DNA of 63,332 nt, the filler included, from Globobulimina sp. (taxonomy: Eukaryota): the NCBI GenBank assembly GCA_003354225.1. It is 28 parts of 28 records of this genome, joined end to end, with 100 filler letters (N's around TTAATTAATTAA, not from the genome) between each part and the next. Parts side by side here need not be neighbours in the genome. Positions count along the whole stretch, not along the records: positions 33,993 to 36,157 come from PIVH01008497.1; positions 36,258 to 38,422 come from PIVH01008498.1; positions 38,523 to 40,687 come from PIVH01008499.1; positions 40,788 to 42,952 come from PIVH01008500.1; positions 43,053 to 45,217 come from PIVH01008501.1; positions 45,318 to 47,482 come from PIVH01008502.1; 22 more parts are not named here. The stretch is one strand, 5' to 3'. The position numbers and the translations under genes are program-made. The number at the start of each line of letters is the position of its first letter. Position 1 is the first letter of the stretch. Positions 34,348-47,188 of this stretch are shown one piece after another. The notes beneath the pieces were generated by a model. The model did no database searches. It was not told where the DNA came from and saw only the letters and a list, made by a program, of their open reading frames with translations.

Positions 34348-36157
34348 ATGAGTACATGGTTTAAACAAGTTGCAAATAATTCGTTATCATATCTGAATGC
34401 TCAGATAGAGCCTTTAAAGCATCGCCAAAAATATGGTAAAACATCAGAAGAAATTTCAATTGAGATAAGAGAGGAGCTACAAACAACAATATCGCGCGAA
34501 AAAGACGTTGAGAGAAAAATTCAACATCAGGAGCAAAATAGGAAAAAAATACGCGCACAACATCAAGAATTAAATTTTCGGGTTCAAAATTTGGACGAAA
34601 ACCGACAATTTCTATTCAAACAAACAATGGATTACGAACAAAAACTGACGAATCAGGCCCAGACTCAGAAGAAGTTGCTGATGGCCATGGACCGCATCAA
34701 AACGCAACTAAATGACCTCCAAAGTATAAAATTGCCGAATATTGAGCTGAATTTAAAGGGAGCCACAGAATTAAAGGACGGCACTCAACGCAAAATACCC
34801 AAATTGAGAGAAAATAAAAAGAATTTGGAAAAACTACTAAACGAAAAAAGAAAAAAACACAAACAATTTACAAACATTATTCAAGAATTGAGAAAAAAAA
34901 GAGATTTGTTAGAAAAAAAAGAAAAGAATGCCTCTCAAAAAGAGATAAAAGACAAAAAGAAAAAAGCAATGAATGATAATGATAATAATAATAATAAGAA
35001 GAGCATGGCCATCGAAGTCGAAGTGGTGGTAATGGAGAATAAGAAGAATGACAACGGCAATGAGCTGGCATTGGACAATGAGTTGACCACAATCTTCGAT
35101 AATACGATATTTGAGGCCGAGAACAGTGCGTCGATTGAGGCCGAATTAGAGGCCAAACACCTTTCATTCGGTAAGATAGTTTTAGAAAAATTGAATTTGG
35201 AGCGAGAAGTGTTGCGATTGTCGGACATGTTTTCATTGCAAAAAGAGACCCTTTCATCGATAGAGAGTTTGCGCGTAAATTATTCCTCAAAAAAAGAGCA
35301 GTATTTGGCATTGGTGATAGACTTAAATGGCTCATACAATTCCTTGGAGTGCGAATTAAAAAATGTCAAAGTATCCATGAAAAAGTACCGCGATGACATT
35401 TGTGCCTTATCCGAAGCGTCGGGTTCGTTGTCACAAAAAAAATTTGATTTGGCAAATAAATTAAAAAAAACAATCGATAAAGAAAATGAAATTATTGATG
35501 GCTTAAAAATATTACATAGAAACAGAATGTCTTTAAGATCGAGAAAATCGCAGCTAATCAAACAGCAAATATCATTACAACGAGAATACAATACGCAAAG
35601 TTGTAAAATTATTCGTTGTGACTGCAAACAGAAAAATAAACAGAAAAATAAACAGAAACACCGGAAAATAAAGAAATTGTGTGGAACATTGATAATATCC
35701 TCAGAGTTTGTGAGCTTTTGCGCTGACAATACATCGACAAATATGTATGACATCAAACATGAAATAATTGACATGTCGCACTCGGCTTTGATTGGCTATG
35801 CCTCGCAGTCGCAGTCGCAGCCATTGCTGCTGTTATATGTAAATAAAGAGGTTGCATATCAGGGACATCATAATGAGAGCGACAATTGCTACAAATTTAA
35901 AATTGCAGAGCTCTCCGACAAGAACACATTGTTATTAATGCACAATTTCGTGGAAACAATAAAGGAGATCCAGTTAGAAAAGCAAGTCCTTATTAAGAAG
36001 AAAGTGAAAGAAGCGAAGGAGGAAAAGAATGAAAAGACTGAGATTGAGATCGAGGACGAGTATTATTGCGGCCATGGCTGCGTTTCTGTGAATGCGCTGA
36101 GATCGATAATCAGTTCGTGTCCATCGCGAACACACATATTTAAATGGAAACTGTTTT
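34348..36157 (+). CDS. Long coiled-coil protein with PH/GRAM-like segment and probable start of a TLDc domain (3' truncated)
   Basis: About 430 aa of heptad pattern, then GTLIISSEFVSF...LLLLYV...YKFKI. It ends in IISSCPSRTHIFKWKLF, which resembles a TLDc N-terminus. Confidence 0.6.
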
Positions 36158-36257
36158 NNNNNNNNNNNNNNNNNNNNNNNNNNNNNNNNNNNNNNNNNNN
36201 NTTAATTAATTAANNNNNNNNNNNNNNNNNNNNNNNNNNNNNNNNNNNNNNNNNNNN

Positions 36258-37043
36258 CCGGATCAAATATGGAAAAGACACCAAGAGCAAGGCATACCAT
36301 TAAGGAAGTCGACTCTTTTACATTTAACAAATATTGATGATGATGATGATAATGATAATGATAATGAGGAAGATTCACACCGTAAACGCACACAAAATAT
36401 CGATAACGATCAACAATCCGAACCAGTTACTAATACGCATGGATTATGCAGTTGTTTTGATACAAAAATCCATCTTAAAAATATAATCCGTACGCGGAAT
36501 GATGTAGAATTTGGACGTGATGATGATGGCAATATTGTATATGTAGCGGTTGCGAATTTTGAAGCGCATGGCATCAATGAGGGCGTGAAAAGAATCAAAA
36601 TCCGTGTCATGTTGTGGGCGGTGATGTTTTTTAGTGTGGCGGTCATATCCATCGCTGGCGTGGCGTCCACCATTCAATACTTAAGAGACCAGGACTTGGC
36701 CTTTGTGCCGGCAGTGTTTTGCCTAAGCATTGGTTTGTCGGTTGTTGGCTGCGGCTTTAATGTGTTGCGGTATCAGGCGGCACATGAGATAAAATCTTAT
36801 ATTGTAGAGAAAAATATCTCTGATAACGTGTTGGCAAAATGTATATATCCAAAGACGAAAGGACAGAGAGGCGGTGCAGTGGTGCAAGAGACGCATATGG
36901 ATCACATTAATGTGTTATTGCCAGAAACCACCGCACATCCAAAAGCTTTGAAATCGTTGACCAATTTAGATTTGTTAGTCATGCAATCTTCAATTGAGAG
37001 ATTTGACTCAAATGAGTCCAATGTTGATGATCTATATCAATAA
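36258..37043 (+). CDS. Membrane protein, C-terminal part (5' truncated)
   Basis: Frame open from the contig edge; two hydrophobic helices (VMLWAVMFF..., AFVPAVFCLSIG...). Confidence 0.7.
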   Translation, partial: PDQIWKRHQEQGIPLRKSTLLHLTNIDDDDDNDNDNEEDSHRKRTQNIDNDQQSEPVTNTHGLCSCFDTKIHLKNIIRTRNDVEFGRDDDGNIVYVAVANFEAHGINEGVKRIKIRVMLWAVMFFSVAVISIAGVASTIQYLRDQDLAFVPAVFCLSIGLSVVGCGFNVLRYQAAHEIKSYIVEKNISDNVLAKCIYPKTKGQRGGAVVQETHMDHINVLLPETTAHPKALKSLTNLDLLVMQSSIERFDSNESNVDDLYQ

Positions 37044-37513
37044 CATATTATTTCTGGTTTTCTTTTTTTTTCTGCCTCAGTTTTTGTGTGATATAATTAA
37101 ATGAAGATGTTTTGTGTTGTATCATTTATTTTGCTTTTTTTTGTAAAATAACACATAAATTTCACGAAAAGTATTTGTCACGAAAAGAATATCTCCTATA
37201 CAAGTCCTATGCAAATTTCACGAAAGTAGAATTATCACAAAAAGTACTTTTAGTGAATATCCAAGGGCTAGAATTTCAGGAATTGCCGCATCTCTTTTCC
37301 GTCATTATTATCTTATTAATATCTGAAAACAATTAAGGAAAAATAGTTGAAACAAATAAAATAAAATAGTGCATGGCTTTGCCATTGCCATCGCATGCAT
37401 TTATTTAATTTGTTCAAATGGCGAATAAATCTCTTAATTTTACTTTATAAAATTAAACACATTACAGACACAGAGAGAAGGTGAAGGTCAATACATGTTT
37501 ATAATATTTAATA

Positions 37514-38329
37514 TCAACTGGCTTCTGTCGTGTCGGCGTTAGTTTGACTTTGCGTTTCTTGTGGTTTTGGTGCTTCTGTCTCTGTTTCTGTTTTTGTTTC
37601 GGTTGTTTCTGTTTTATCATTTTTTGCTGCGTCATCAGTCTCTGTTTTATTTTCATTTTCATTTTCATTTTCATTTTCATTTTTTTTTTGAGCGTCGTCT
37701 GGTTTATCATTGTCATCATCATTTTTATTCTCATCATTATCCGGTTTATCATCGATATCTGGTTTATTGTCTTGATCTTGATCTTGTTTTTTTACTTCAT
37801 CGGATTGTGCCACTTGTTCAAAATTTAAATCCTCATCAATTAACATTGGGACATCCCCATCGTCGGCAGCAGAAACCATATTATTTGCATTCACCGCATC
37901 ATTGTCATCCTCGTTGTTTGGCTTTAAGGCTTCGAATTTCTCGGCGTAATCTTTTAATTGCGTTAAATGATCAGAACCAATCTGGGGTAAGATATCCGGT
38001 AATAACTCCTCAATCTTATTATGTGTATAATTACCGGACACAATAAACGTATTCGACGATACTTCCGCGTCGACCTTTGGTGATATAAAATGGATCACAG
38101 TGCCATCAGATTTGAATAAATTGACTTCTTCTATCCCTGGAATGGTATTACACGATAATTTCTTTAAATTTGCTTGTAATCTTTTCTCGAATTCATTGGT
38201 TGATTTCTTTTGTCGAAATTTCTTCCGTCTCATTGCATTCTTTCCTCCTCCGGTTCGCGTCGAACCGGCTTTGTTACCATAACGCGCACGAAGTTTTGCT
38301 TGCACTTCGGATGCTGATGGCTGCGGCAT
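37514..38329 (-). CDS. BTF3: Nascent polypeptide-associated complex subunit beta with long acidic C-terminal extension
   Basis: RTGGGK..MRRKK, LQANLKKL..NTIPGIEEVNLFKSDGTVIHF..PKV, NTFIVSG and ELLPDILPQIG. Confidence 0.93.
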   Translation of the reverse strand: MPQPSASEVQAKLRARYGNKAGSTRTGGGKNAMRRKKFRQKKSTNEFEKRLQANLKKLSCNTIPGIEEVNLFKSDGTVIHFISPKVDAEVSSNTFIVSGNYTHNKIEELLPDILPQIGSDHLTQLKDYAEKFEALKPNNEDDNDAVNANNMVSAADDGDVPMLIDEDLNFEQVAQSDEVKKQDQDQDNKPDIDDKPDNDENKNDDDNDKPDDAQKKNENENENENENKTETDDAAKNDKTETTETKTETETEAPKPQETQSQTNADTTEAS

Positions 38330-38522
38330 TATTTCTTGCTTTTTGTTGCTTGTTTATTTGATTTGATTTGCTTTGCTTTGATTGATTTATTTATGTAATT
38401 TAAGACAATGTTTACTGTACAANNNNNNNNNNNNNNNNNNNNNNNNNNNNNNNNNNNNNNNNNNNNTTAATTAATTAANNNNNNNNNNNNNNNNNNNNNN
38501 NNNNNNNNNNNNNNNNNNNNNN

Positions 38523-39494
38523 ATGAATGAATAACCACATTTTAGATGGGCGCACAAAGCCAACTTATTTCCATGTAATCTTTTGACTGTTCTCCGCAAC
38601 AAATAGTGATCTATCAGATTATTGGTGGTTTTATGTTATGGCTATCAGTAATTGGTGAGTGCAATAAATTGCTTCCTAAATTTATCCGCGACGCACAGCC
38701 AAAATGGTCTAGCCGCCACAACGGCGATTGGGAGCATGTCATGGTGGAGTTATCCGTTGCTATCAAAGCAGAAACAGACGAATATGCGATTACAAACGTT
38801 ATCTACAATGCGCACGGCGACCATTTCACGAAGAAAGCCGGAGAATTTGAGCTAAGTGGTTCTACGCATCCTCATAAATCCGCATAAAACGTTGTTGTAT
38901 GCCTGTTTATATTGGGATGATATGCGCAGGAAACGGGACAGTAAACAGTTAAAAACAGAGACTAATTTGGTTGATATGGATGTTTGCCGCGATGACTGGT
39001 GTCTGTATTATGGAGGGGATGAAACTCCAAAAAAGGAGTGGGGCCCAAATGGGAAGGATGGAATTGGCACAAATCCGATGCACTATGATACAAACAGCAA
39101 ATGCGAGCTTAGCCAGTCGAAGTGCGATGGTGCTGCGTGTGACACCCATTGGCAATCTAAGATTGATAGAGCTGGTCGAAGGGCCCGGGCGGGGTTGAAA
39201 AAAGTGGGCGGTTTCTTTAAAAAGACAGGAGGACATATTCGCAGAGCTCCTAAGAAAATTAAAAAATGGTTTAAGGGATTGTTTGGTGCTCGGATGGGAT
39301 ATGATGATTATTATGATGCGGATTATAATTATGTGACTGATGAGGAATTGTATGATTTAGTGGTGGATCAATTGTATGGAGATGGATATTATGAATATAT
39401 GGATGATGATGATGGGGATTTTGGATATTATTATTATTATTTTCCAAAATGGTGGACACAGAGAACGAGTGCGAGGAGAAAATATAAAGACTGA
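38523..39494 (+). pseudogene. Vps62/NPP1-like-domain protein with cationic helix and Asp/Tyr-rich tail, disrupted
   Basis: PTYFHV, YWWFY(GYQ), HNGDWEHVMV, YNAHG, THP and CLYWDD motifs lie in different frames. A 5-bp TTATG duplication near 38631-38640 breaks WWFYGYQ. Confidence 0.65.
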
Positions 39495-39774
39495 AATTAA
39501 ATGTTGTTTGTTTGTCTTTTTTTAGTTGCTATGTATACGAAATCAATGATTTTTCTGTAAGGCTTGCAGTTATTCAACGGAACTGAGAACTGTGAATATT
39601 TAATAATTTTAATAGAATCATAAACAAACATTTAAACAAAAAAAAGATCATCTCAACAAAAACAAAACAAACACAATACACTCAATAAATCATATCAATA
39701 CCTTCACAAACAATGAAACAAAAAAAAACACTCAAAGATATCGATTATACACTTTTTTAATTCAATTTTAATTC

Positions 39775-40687
39775 CTATTGTATGGTTTCAAAATTATCAT
39801 CACCACCAATATCCCCATCCTCATCCCCATAAACCTCATCTATAGCTACATTCCCATCCATTCCATCTTCATTCTGTTCATCATTGCCTTGTCCAACCAC
39901 CCAGTCATCCATACCATCGTCCATAGCCCCAATCGTTACTTCCTGCTCAATGTCCACATCCACACCATCTCCCTCCTCATCATGACCATGACCACCATCC
40001 TCCTCCTTCCCTTCATCCACGTCACTCAGCGACGCCATCTTCCCATACGCACCATTATCAACCACAGGGAGTTGTAACTGTATTTGCACCTCATTAACAT
40101 CATCATTTCCCTGCGGTGTCCTCACCCTCAGATTATCCAACACCTCCTCATCGCTGCTACGCGTTTCCGATCCGATTATAAATTCGTGCTTATCATCAGT
40201 CAACATCTCATCATCATATTCCTCATCGTTCGTATCCATCTGTACACCAACAATAGCATCGCCTTTATGATCATCATCGTATCCACCAGTCGTCGCATGA
40301 CTGTTTTTCTCGATTTCCGCCCTCTGTGCTGCACTTAGATAATCATTTTTGTTCTCATACAATTCATTAATATCAGAACTCGCCAACGACGCACCACCAC
40401 GGCCGTCACGAGCAGTGATATAACGGTGTTCCCGTTGCGCTTCGCTCAGATTATCATTCAATATCTGTGCCTGCGGCGAGTCTGAGGCTGGTCCGCCCGG
40501 AGTGCCTTTCTGCAGCGCTTGTTTTTGTGCGTCCGATAAATAGTGTTCCTGGCCATTGTCAGCCATGGCCAGTCCCATTCGGGTTACCTTTATCACTCCA
40601 TCCGGTGTATAGGGCGAGGACGGAACATTACGGTCGGGGCCGTCATACATTTACCCAGTGTTTATATTGATGTCATTCACACCCATT
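39775..40687 (-). CDS. Acidic low-complexity C-terminal tail of a larger protein (5' truncated)
   Basis: Open D/E/G-rich frame with TPDG, TPGG, TTGG and TPQG motifs and two YLS.AQ repeats. Confidence 0.7.
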
Positions 40688-40787
40688 NNNNNNNNNNNNN
40701 NNNNNNNNNNNNNNNNNNNNNNNNNNNNNNNTTAATTAATTAANNNNNNNNNNNNNNNNNNNNNNNNNNNNNNNNNNNNNNNNNNNN

Positions 40788-41565
40788 AAAGTCGTCCTCC
40801 CATTACTTTGAGCCAGAATGCATTGAATACAGTGTTTAATATGAAACCGGAAGGAATCATAATTTGTGAATATTTATCCCATTCATCGTAATGATCATTA
40901 AGCACTCGGACAAAACAATACGGTGTATGATAAAATCGAAAATAAACAAAAATTAGTAATTGCGCGAAATATAACACAGTAAATTGTCCGCGTTGTTTTA
41001 AATCATAAACATCCAACGTATGACAAAACATTACCATACCAACAATAATTGGCGTCCAAACCGATAACGAAATGATCATATATTGAACGCCAATGTGATG
41101 TGAATAAATATTTCCGGGGATTAACAGAGTTAATATCGAGGAATGATGAAATATTAAAGATAGGAAGATAACATTTGGTAAATCGTTATCTTTGTAAACA
41201 AATTTATTTAATATAATCTTTACTGAATCAGTAATATCAAACGCTGCTTCCATTAACACGCCTTCACGAATGAAAAAAAGTGAATTAGAATAAAAGCCGT
41301 ATAACACGAATATGACCGTACACGAATGCTGAACCCCGGCACACCAATACAATAAAAACTCCGCCTCCGTAGTGATCGTAATTGCTCTTTGATAGGGTGC
41401 TGTTTTTGAAAATTGCTTTTTTGCGGAATATACAACAAATTTAAATATATAGTGCCAAAGGATTGATTCAAATACAAGATGAATCATATTTCCTTCGATT
41501 GTTGCATTGTCAGCAATTAGGTCCATGGGAAATCTTTGTTGCTTTAATTTTGTTAGGCCGCGCAA
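40788..41565 (-). CDS. TLC (TRAM/LAG1/CLN8)-domain membrane protein, partial
   Basis: Multiple TM helices with IFHH, FVYFRF and NAFWL motifs. An upstream intron has a GTAAGT donor near 41606. Confidence 0.7.
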
Positions 41566-42550
41566 CTATTTAGTCAGTACAAAAATGGCAAAAATTTACT
41601 TACTAGTTTTTTTTTATTAATGAAGAAAGTATTTCTTAGAATCAAACATAGGAAACCTAGTGCATTATGATTTATTTATGGAATCGAATCAATTGACTTG
41701 CAATTATATATTATGAACAGGTTTGTCAAGCAACAATTTTTTGTACTTTACTATCTGTATTTTCTTTCCAATATTATCCTTGTACATATACTTAGTTCCA
41801 TACGGTAATATGTGTCGAGTGTCGATTTCAAGCAATATCCAGACCATTAATTGTTGTCCATTATTTGAAATGTGCACATTTTATGGTTCGAACAGTTCAA
41901 AGTTAATAAGTAACATATATTGCCCCTGTTTCATATTTCTATTTATTACAAAAATACAGTTCAATGGATATTTATTTTCGTTGAATATCTATTTTGTATG
42001 TATATCGAAACGGGTGTACGTATATAAATAAAGGATAAGCAATGTCAGAAGTCAGATCGCAGCATGTTTTTTATGGAAAGCCGACCTCTATTCATGAACA
42101 CGAGGTTGATATGTTGATACTGCCCCGGCCCTTTTGAGAACGGTATTATCTCTGTACTCACTTCTTAACACATCACGGAAGCTAGACAATTGTGTTGCTT
42201 CTAACATTTCTAACATTAATTGGTGACCGGACGAATGTTAGAAACCCCGGCCAGAAACGAAGAAACTTCATAAGATTAAAAACAGCTTAAATGTAACTTT
42301 TGTTCGAGTTGACAGAATTAATCTGTCATCTTTGTATATATATATTAAATCGGATTAATCCTGTTGTCAGCGAACAGAAACCTCCAGTTCAGCTGTTTTT
42401 AATATTAACTTCGTGATGTGTTGAAGTAAGAATAAAAAAACTTCAAAAACACCAAACCCACACCTCTTCATTCTACAACCTCTTTTTGTACCTTCTAAAC
42501 CTGAAAAAAAAAAACACAAACCCCTTTTGCAAAGTGTTACCCAAACGTAG

Positions 42551-42952
42551 ATGATGGATATATCCCGTAAGCAAACCGATGACCTACAAATGCAAATTGA
42601 AATGATGAAGGAAGATTTAGATGCATTGCGCATGGACGATATTGGCCGCAACCGAGAACAAAGCGTAATCCCCGACAAATACGAGCATCAACATTCAGCC
42701 GACGACGAAAGTTTTAGTTTAATTCCAGACATCGCGGATAAAAAGAATGCCTGGAAGCGCTATTTACCGATCACGTACTGGCTCCCACGCTATAAATGGA
42801 AAGAGTGGTTCCCTATGGATTTAGTCGCTGCCATCACCGACGTCGTCATGGTGATCCCGCAAGGTATGGGCTATGCGTTGGTGGCGGGTTTACAGCCCAT
42901 CAACGGCTTATACGCGGCCTTGATGGGCCATTGCTTGTATTCGCCCTTCGGT
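42551..42952 (+). CDS. SLC26/SulP anion transporter, N-terminal part
   Basis: WLPRY...DLVAAIT..VMVIPQGMGYALVAGL.PINGLY...YSPFG (SLC26 signature). Confidence 0.92.
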
Positions 42953-43052
42953 NNNNNNNNNNNNNNNNNNNNNNNNNNNNNNNNNNNNNNNNNNNNTTAA
43001 TTAATTAANNNNNNNNNNNNNNNNNNNNNNNNNNNNNNNNNNNNNNNNNNNN

Positions 43053-44688
43053 GTACGTTTATCGTTGGATGAGGATATGAGCCATTCTCCATCCATACTG
43101 AAGGATAAATGGGTGATTTCATCGCCATGTCCCTCTAATATATATTGTGTGTTTGAAGGTATATTGGACTGTGTTTGGATGTGTTTGTGTTTGAGAGAGA
43201 TGGAGTTACTGCGCAGATTGAAATGATTGGATTGTAATAATTGACACTTTATAAACTCGTCAAATATGTTTAACAGTGTATGCGATGAAGTGTTGATGTT
43301 ATATGACGACGCTGACGAAGAAGAAGAGGAATTAATTAATTTTTTAACGATTTGATGGTATAATTTGTGTCTCGAATCGTTGATATTATACCAATTTAAT
43401 GCATTTAATTCGTTTTTAATTTGAATGTTGGGATTTGTAGCCATGGAATGAATGGAATGCATCGTATCAATGTATAATAATTTACATAATTTATTCCATC
43501 GCCAGGTTGGATATAAATTGTTGTTATTTACATTGATATCCATCTCAATTATCGGTGTCTCCATTATCGATCGATTAATATATCGATTATTGTTGTTGTT
43601 ATTAGTTAATTGCGATAGTAATTGAATATCGCTCAAATTGTTATTGTTTCTATGCAGATTCGGTATGTTTGTAAATATTTGTTTACTGTTTGGCGAAACC
43701 AATGGTATTAACTCTTTATTCATGACTTCGGTGGCCAATAATTTCGCATTTTGATAGATTAATTCTAAGAATCTGTTTATATTATATTTAATTTAATTAA
43801 TTATTGTCGAAAATGCGTACACAAATTTAACTTTTGTTCAAGAATTAACACTTTGCCATAGAAGAGGTCCTGTGGTGTAATACGATAATTTTTGAACTCA
43901 AAAGTGTTTGTAAATGGCGACAGTTTGAATTTATTAAACCATTCCATTAATTTCTCCCAATTCCCATCCAATATCCATTGCTTTATATTATTTTTATTAT
44001 CACCATTATAAGGCATAGTTATTCCAGATTCGTTGGATAAACATTTAACACTTTGAACATAACCCGCATTGTCTAAATATTGCAGCAATACATTAATTAT
44101 TTCAGGTTCGCTTAAATTGAAACCCATTGGCGTTGATATTATATTATTATTATTTATTATTTGTGTTTGTGGATCAATGTTAATATCGAATTGTGGATCA
44201 TTCTCAAATAACAAGGGTGGAATTGGTGTTATTGTGGTGGTTGATGGCGACATGGATATAAAGTCCGTAATGCCTCCGTTTATCGTTGGTTGTGGCGATA
44301 ATTCCTTCTCTTCGGCGTGCTCAACGTGTTGCTGTTGTTGCTTAGGGATATGATGATTGTTATTAATATGGTCATTATGGTGATGTATATGATTATTATT
44401 ATTATTGTTGTTCATGGAATGATTAATTGCATGATTTCCTATATTGATTGCATTTATATTTATGTTGGTGGCTTGTGAGGATTGCTTGGATTGCTTTTCG
44501 TGTTTAGATGGTTGATCTGAAGAGACCAAGGACGCAACAGATTTGTTTTTTACATCCTGGTCCATTCGGTTTAAATTTTTGTTTGTGTTTGATGGATGAG
44601 AAAGTTTTTGTCTTTTTGAAACTGGCAAAATTGGTGAATCAGAATCAGGTAATCTTCTTTTTTTCGATTTTTGTTTACTATGTGACAT
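43053..44688 (-). CDS. WDR26: LisH-CTLH-WD40 protein, WDR26/Gid7-like (intron 43831-43773, 3' truncated)
   Basis: LisH (LLQYLDNAGY..SVKCL.NESG), CTLH (ILDGNWE...LILEQK|FLEL) and first WD40 repeat (LEGHGDEITHLSFSMDGEWLISSSND). Confidence 0.85.
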
Positions 44689-44823
44689 TTAATAAACCAA
44701 AAATATATTTCTGCTCTCGTTTACAAATAACTTGAACACCAAATAAAAGCGCATTGTTCAAAAGACACAAAGTAAAAAACTTTCACCGACAACAAAAAAA
44801 AAAACCAAACATTTTATTTGATA

Positions 44824-45217
44824 ATGGCAACTTTTGAAGCAATTATGAAAAAGTCTCCAACGTACTTAACCGCCAAATTCGATACAGCGGTGGCGGATGC
44901 ATTTGCAAGCTACATTGAAGAAGAAGAGATCGAGGAAATCGATGTGATAATCAATGACATCACAGGCGAAGCATCCGCCAGTAGCATTGTTGAATTTGTA
45001 TCAGACAAATTTTCCTGGAATGACAAAGAGAAAACATCATTTTTTGCTGCCTTGCGTGTATTATTTGAATTAGACTCATACGGCGATGATGAGAACAAAT
45101 TGCAAACCACTCCGCAAGATATTGACTGGACCTATTTTACAGAAAAGGACTTGATAGAAACGCGCGAATATATAAATAAACAATGTTTCAATGCGTTCAG
45201 TACATTGGATCAATCCT
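44824..45217 (+). CDS. Hypothetical acidic protein, N-terminal part
   Basis: ATG-initiated frame open to the contig edge, divergent from the WDR26-like gene. Confidence 0.6.
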
Positions 45218-45317
45218 NNNNNNNNNNNNNNNNNNNNNNNNNNNNNNNNNNNNNNNNNNNNTTAATTAATTAANNNNNNNNNNNNNNNNNNNNNNNNNNN
45301 NNNNNNNNNNNNNNNNN

Positions 45318-47188
45318 TACCAAATACACGCGATCAAATCAGAATACATGTATTAAAATATAAACACAGACTCAGATTTTTACATATCGAGGATGAGGAT
45401 GATGATGCATCGGATTCTGTGGATGAGGATGATGAGGATGATGATGATGATGATGAAGATGAAGAAGATATTAATATTTCGCAACAACGACAATATGAAA
45501 TGAATGTGTTTTTGAATGAAACCCAACGATTTAATTGGAATTTAATTGGCATTGATGATAACAATGAGAATGGTAAGAATAGCTTATTTAAGTGTTTTTA
45601 TTCAGAGATATATGGCAATGGCCATGGTCATCAGCATGAGAATAATAAACATAAAGTGCTGAAGAAAGAGGTGGAAGAATATAAGTTAGAGAATAATGAT
45701 TATTTTAAGCACTTATTATTTAATAAAACAGACAAAGATTTTATTTCTATGATAGCGTTATCGGAGTTATATAGTGTTCGAATTCGCGTATTTTTTATTG
45801 ATAAAAGAAATAGAAACAAATTAACCTTATTATACGATATCGGCAGTTTTAATGAAACGTTATGTTTACCGAGCATTACATTGGCGTCTTTATACAATCA
45901 TAGCCATTATTTCATAATACAAGATATAAATTCATTTAATATCCATCCGCGACCATTAATAAACCATCAAAACAGCGAAAATAACGAGATTGATTTGCGG
46001 CAGTTTCGATTTACTAAATTTTATGAGAAATTATTTAATTATTTTGATATAGATTGCGACGGGCAACTAAATGGGGAGCAAATTTATGATTTTTTTGTAT
46101 CTTCAAACTTAAACACCGATATTTTACGTACAATTTGGGATGAAAGTGTCGGCGATAACTGTCCAACCATGAACTTACAGCAATTCATCATTGCCATGAC
46201 CTTAATATTGCGGCAACAAACGGAAGAAAGAGAGCAAGAGGCCAATAATACCAAGTTCCCAATAATAATAAAACACGGCTCCTTTAATATACATGGCGGC
46301 AACAATGACAATAAGAAGCGCAAAATAAATGTGTCCAAATATTACAGAAAGCAACGAGAGAATGGGAATGAGCAGCTGCACCGACATGGGCCGCATTCAT
46401 TAAATAGGAACTCTGCAAATGATGCAAACTCATTAAATGATGAATATAATATATTAAATGCGGGCGTTGCAAATCTGAAATATCCAATAAACCCGTTTGA
46501 TATATTAAATATTGGTGTAGTCGATCAGCAGCAGCAAGTACCACAGATACAACAATCAATAAATAATACCGAAAATGAGCATGACGTCGACGATGAATAT
46601 CACGAGAATATGATCGCAGTAAATCACTCCGGAAACAGTAAGCAAATGTATTTAAACGGATATACAAATTATACAAATATGAGGGAGCGGCTATCCAATT
46701 CAACAAAAACCAAACAAACAAACAGTAAAACGACCAATACAAACTACAAATCGGTCATGAATTTTAATAAAAAAACTGACGAATTTTTACGATTCTATAA
46801 TGAAATCAATTTTGGCAACAAACAAATTGCAGAGATTTATTATGACAGAATTGCAGAGTTTGAATATAATGACATTGAGAAGATGATGGAATTGGACCAT
46901 GATATATTGATTGATGAGTTTGAAATGAATCAAGATCATGCAATTATACTTATAAATAAAATCAATAAATTCATTAAAAACCATAAAATATTCAAAAAAT
47001 GGTTGCTTAATCAACTCAAAATGAGAAGATATTTTGTCAAATTTGTAAATGAAGGGGTCCTCACATTTGATATATTTCTGAGTCGGTTTCAATCATTTCA
47101 TGATTTAATACCTGTCATTGGACAAAAAAATGTCAATGACACTAAAGTATTGTTTAGAAAATTACCGAATAAATACAAAATTATTTAA
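45318..47188 (+). CDS. Degenerate OTU domain + EH domain + two SAM-like domains (5' truncated)
   Basis: OTU-like NSLFKCFYSEIYG...H...YF...ALSELY..RIRVF...SHY; EH FNYFDIDCDGQLNG...LRTIWD...FIIAMTLI; SAM-like YYDRIAEFEYNDI and WLLNQLKMRRYFVKFVNEGV. Confidence 0.75.
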
